64,000 bases of DNA, taken from assembly GCA_965207375.1 (NCBI GenBank), contig OZ242274.1:1152001-1216000 (forward strand), read 5' to 3'. The first letter of the stretch is position 1; each line of letters opens with the position of its first letter. Below are positions 63,175 through 64,000 of this stretch, in pieces. The position numbers were made by a program, and so were the translations under genes. The notes below the pieces were generated by a model. That model saw nothing but the letters and a program-made list of their open reading frames with translations. It was not told where the DNA came from and made no database searches. The DNA is from Nitrosopumilaceae archaeon. GTDB lineage: Archaea > Thermoproteota > Nitrososphaeria > Nitrososphaerales > Nitrosopumilaceae.

Positions 63175-64000
63175 TTTACCAATTTTTTGAGATATTTTCC
63201 AGTATAGCTGCCAGGCGAGATTGAGATTTGCTTTGGGGTACCACATGCAACTAGCTTGCCTCCCTCATCTCCTCCTTCTGGGCCCAAATCTATTATCCAG
63301 TCTGCGTTTTTTATGACATCCATGTTGTGCTCAATTACTAGTACTGTATTGCCCAAGTTACAAAGTCGGTTAAGCACATCTAGTAACTTTTGCACATCTG
63401 CAAAATGAAGCCCGGTTGTGGGCTCGTCTAAAATGTAAAATGTTTTTCCGGTTCCTCTTTTTGATAGCTCAGATGCAAGTTTTACGCGTTGGGCCTCTCC
63501 TCCAGACAATGTAGTTGAGGACTGTCCAAGCTTGATATATCCCAAGCCCACATCATGTACTGTTTGTAGTTTTCGTTGTATCGCAGGAACATTTTCAAAA
63601 AACTGCAATGCCTCAAAAACAGTCATCTCCAAAATATCTGCAATATTTTTGCCTTTGTATAACACCGATAGTGTTTCAGTATTGTATCGCTTGCCCTTGC
63701 ATTCATCACACTTTACAAAAACATCTGATAAAAACTGCATTTCAATCTGTTTGACCCCGTCACCCTCACATGCAAAACACCTACCATCTGCAACATTAAA
63801 TGAAAACTGACCCGGTGCATAACCTCGCTCTTTGGATAGTTCTGTACTTGCATATAGTTCTCGTATTGGGGTAAAGGCACCAATATAGGTTGCAGGATTT
63901 GATCTGGGTGTTCTTCCAATGGGGGACTGGTCTATGGCAATTACCTTGTCTATATCTTTGAGTCCTAAAATTTTATCGTGCTTTCCAGGTTTTGTGTTGG
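63171..64000 (-). CDS. uvrA: Excinuclease ABC subunit A, C-terminal part (5' end outside window)
   Basis: [17 protein letters not shown], Zn finger, [21 protein letters not shown] and IEHN motifs. Confidence 0.97.
   Translation of the reverse strand, partial: NTKPGKHDKILGLKDIDKVIAIDQSPIGRTPRSNPATYIGAFTPIRELYASTELSKERGYAPGQFSFNVADGRCFACEGDGVKQIEMQFLSDVFVKCDECKGKRYNTETLSVLYKGKNIADILEMTVFEALQFFENVPAIQRKLQTVHDVGLGYIKLGQSSTTLSGGEAQRVKLASELSKRGTGKTFYILDEPTTGLHFADVQKLLDVLNRLCNLGNTVLVIEHNMDVIKNADWIIDLGPEGGDEGGKLVACGTPKQISISPGSYTGKYLKKLVK

Overview
This window comes from an AT-rich ammonia-oxidising archaeon (Nitrosopumilaceae, Nitrososphaerota/Thaumarchaeota). The assignment rests on the thaumarchaeal S-layer gene, split methylmalonyl-CoA mutase with MeaB and epimerase (3HP/4HB cycle), parvulin, Rpo6, Alba, uvrAC and a cupredoxin. 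A host-associated lifestyle (e.g. sponge) is inferred from the many adhesin-like domains and IS debris. Housekeeping blocks alternate with accessory DNA: an IS graveyard at 14.0-16.4 kb (IS6-like, IS630, IS3-like), two MITE families, a SNF2-SWIM pair, an orphan LpxA-like gene, and four giant modular surface-protein genes. The most striking feature is a 2885-aa S-layer protein carrying a ~1270-aa internal passenger (binding-protein domain, 3 Fn3, 2 cadherin-like, second binding-protein domain). One of its Fn3 modules shares near-identical DNA patches with two neighbouring Fn3-array genes that end in the same C-terminal module. Together these suggest a recombination-fed, modular surface-display repertoire. 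No rRNA, tRNA, CRISPR array or reverse transcriptase was seen. All calls are by eye and no database search was run.
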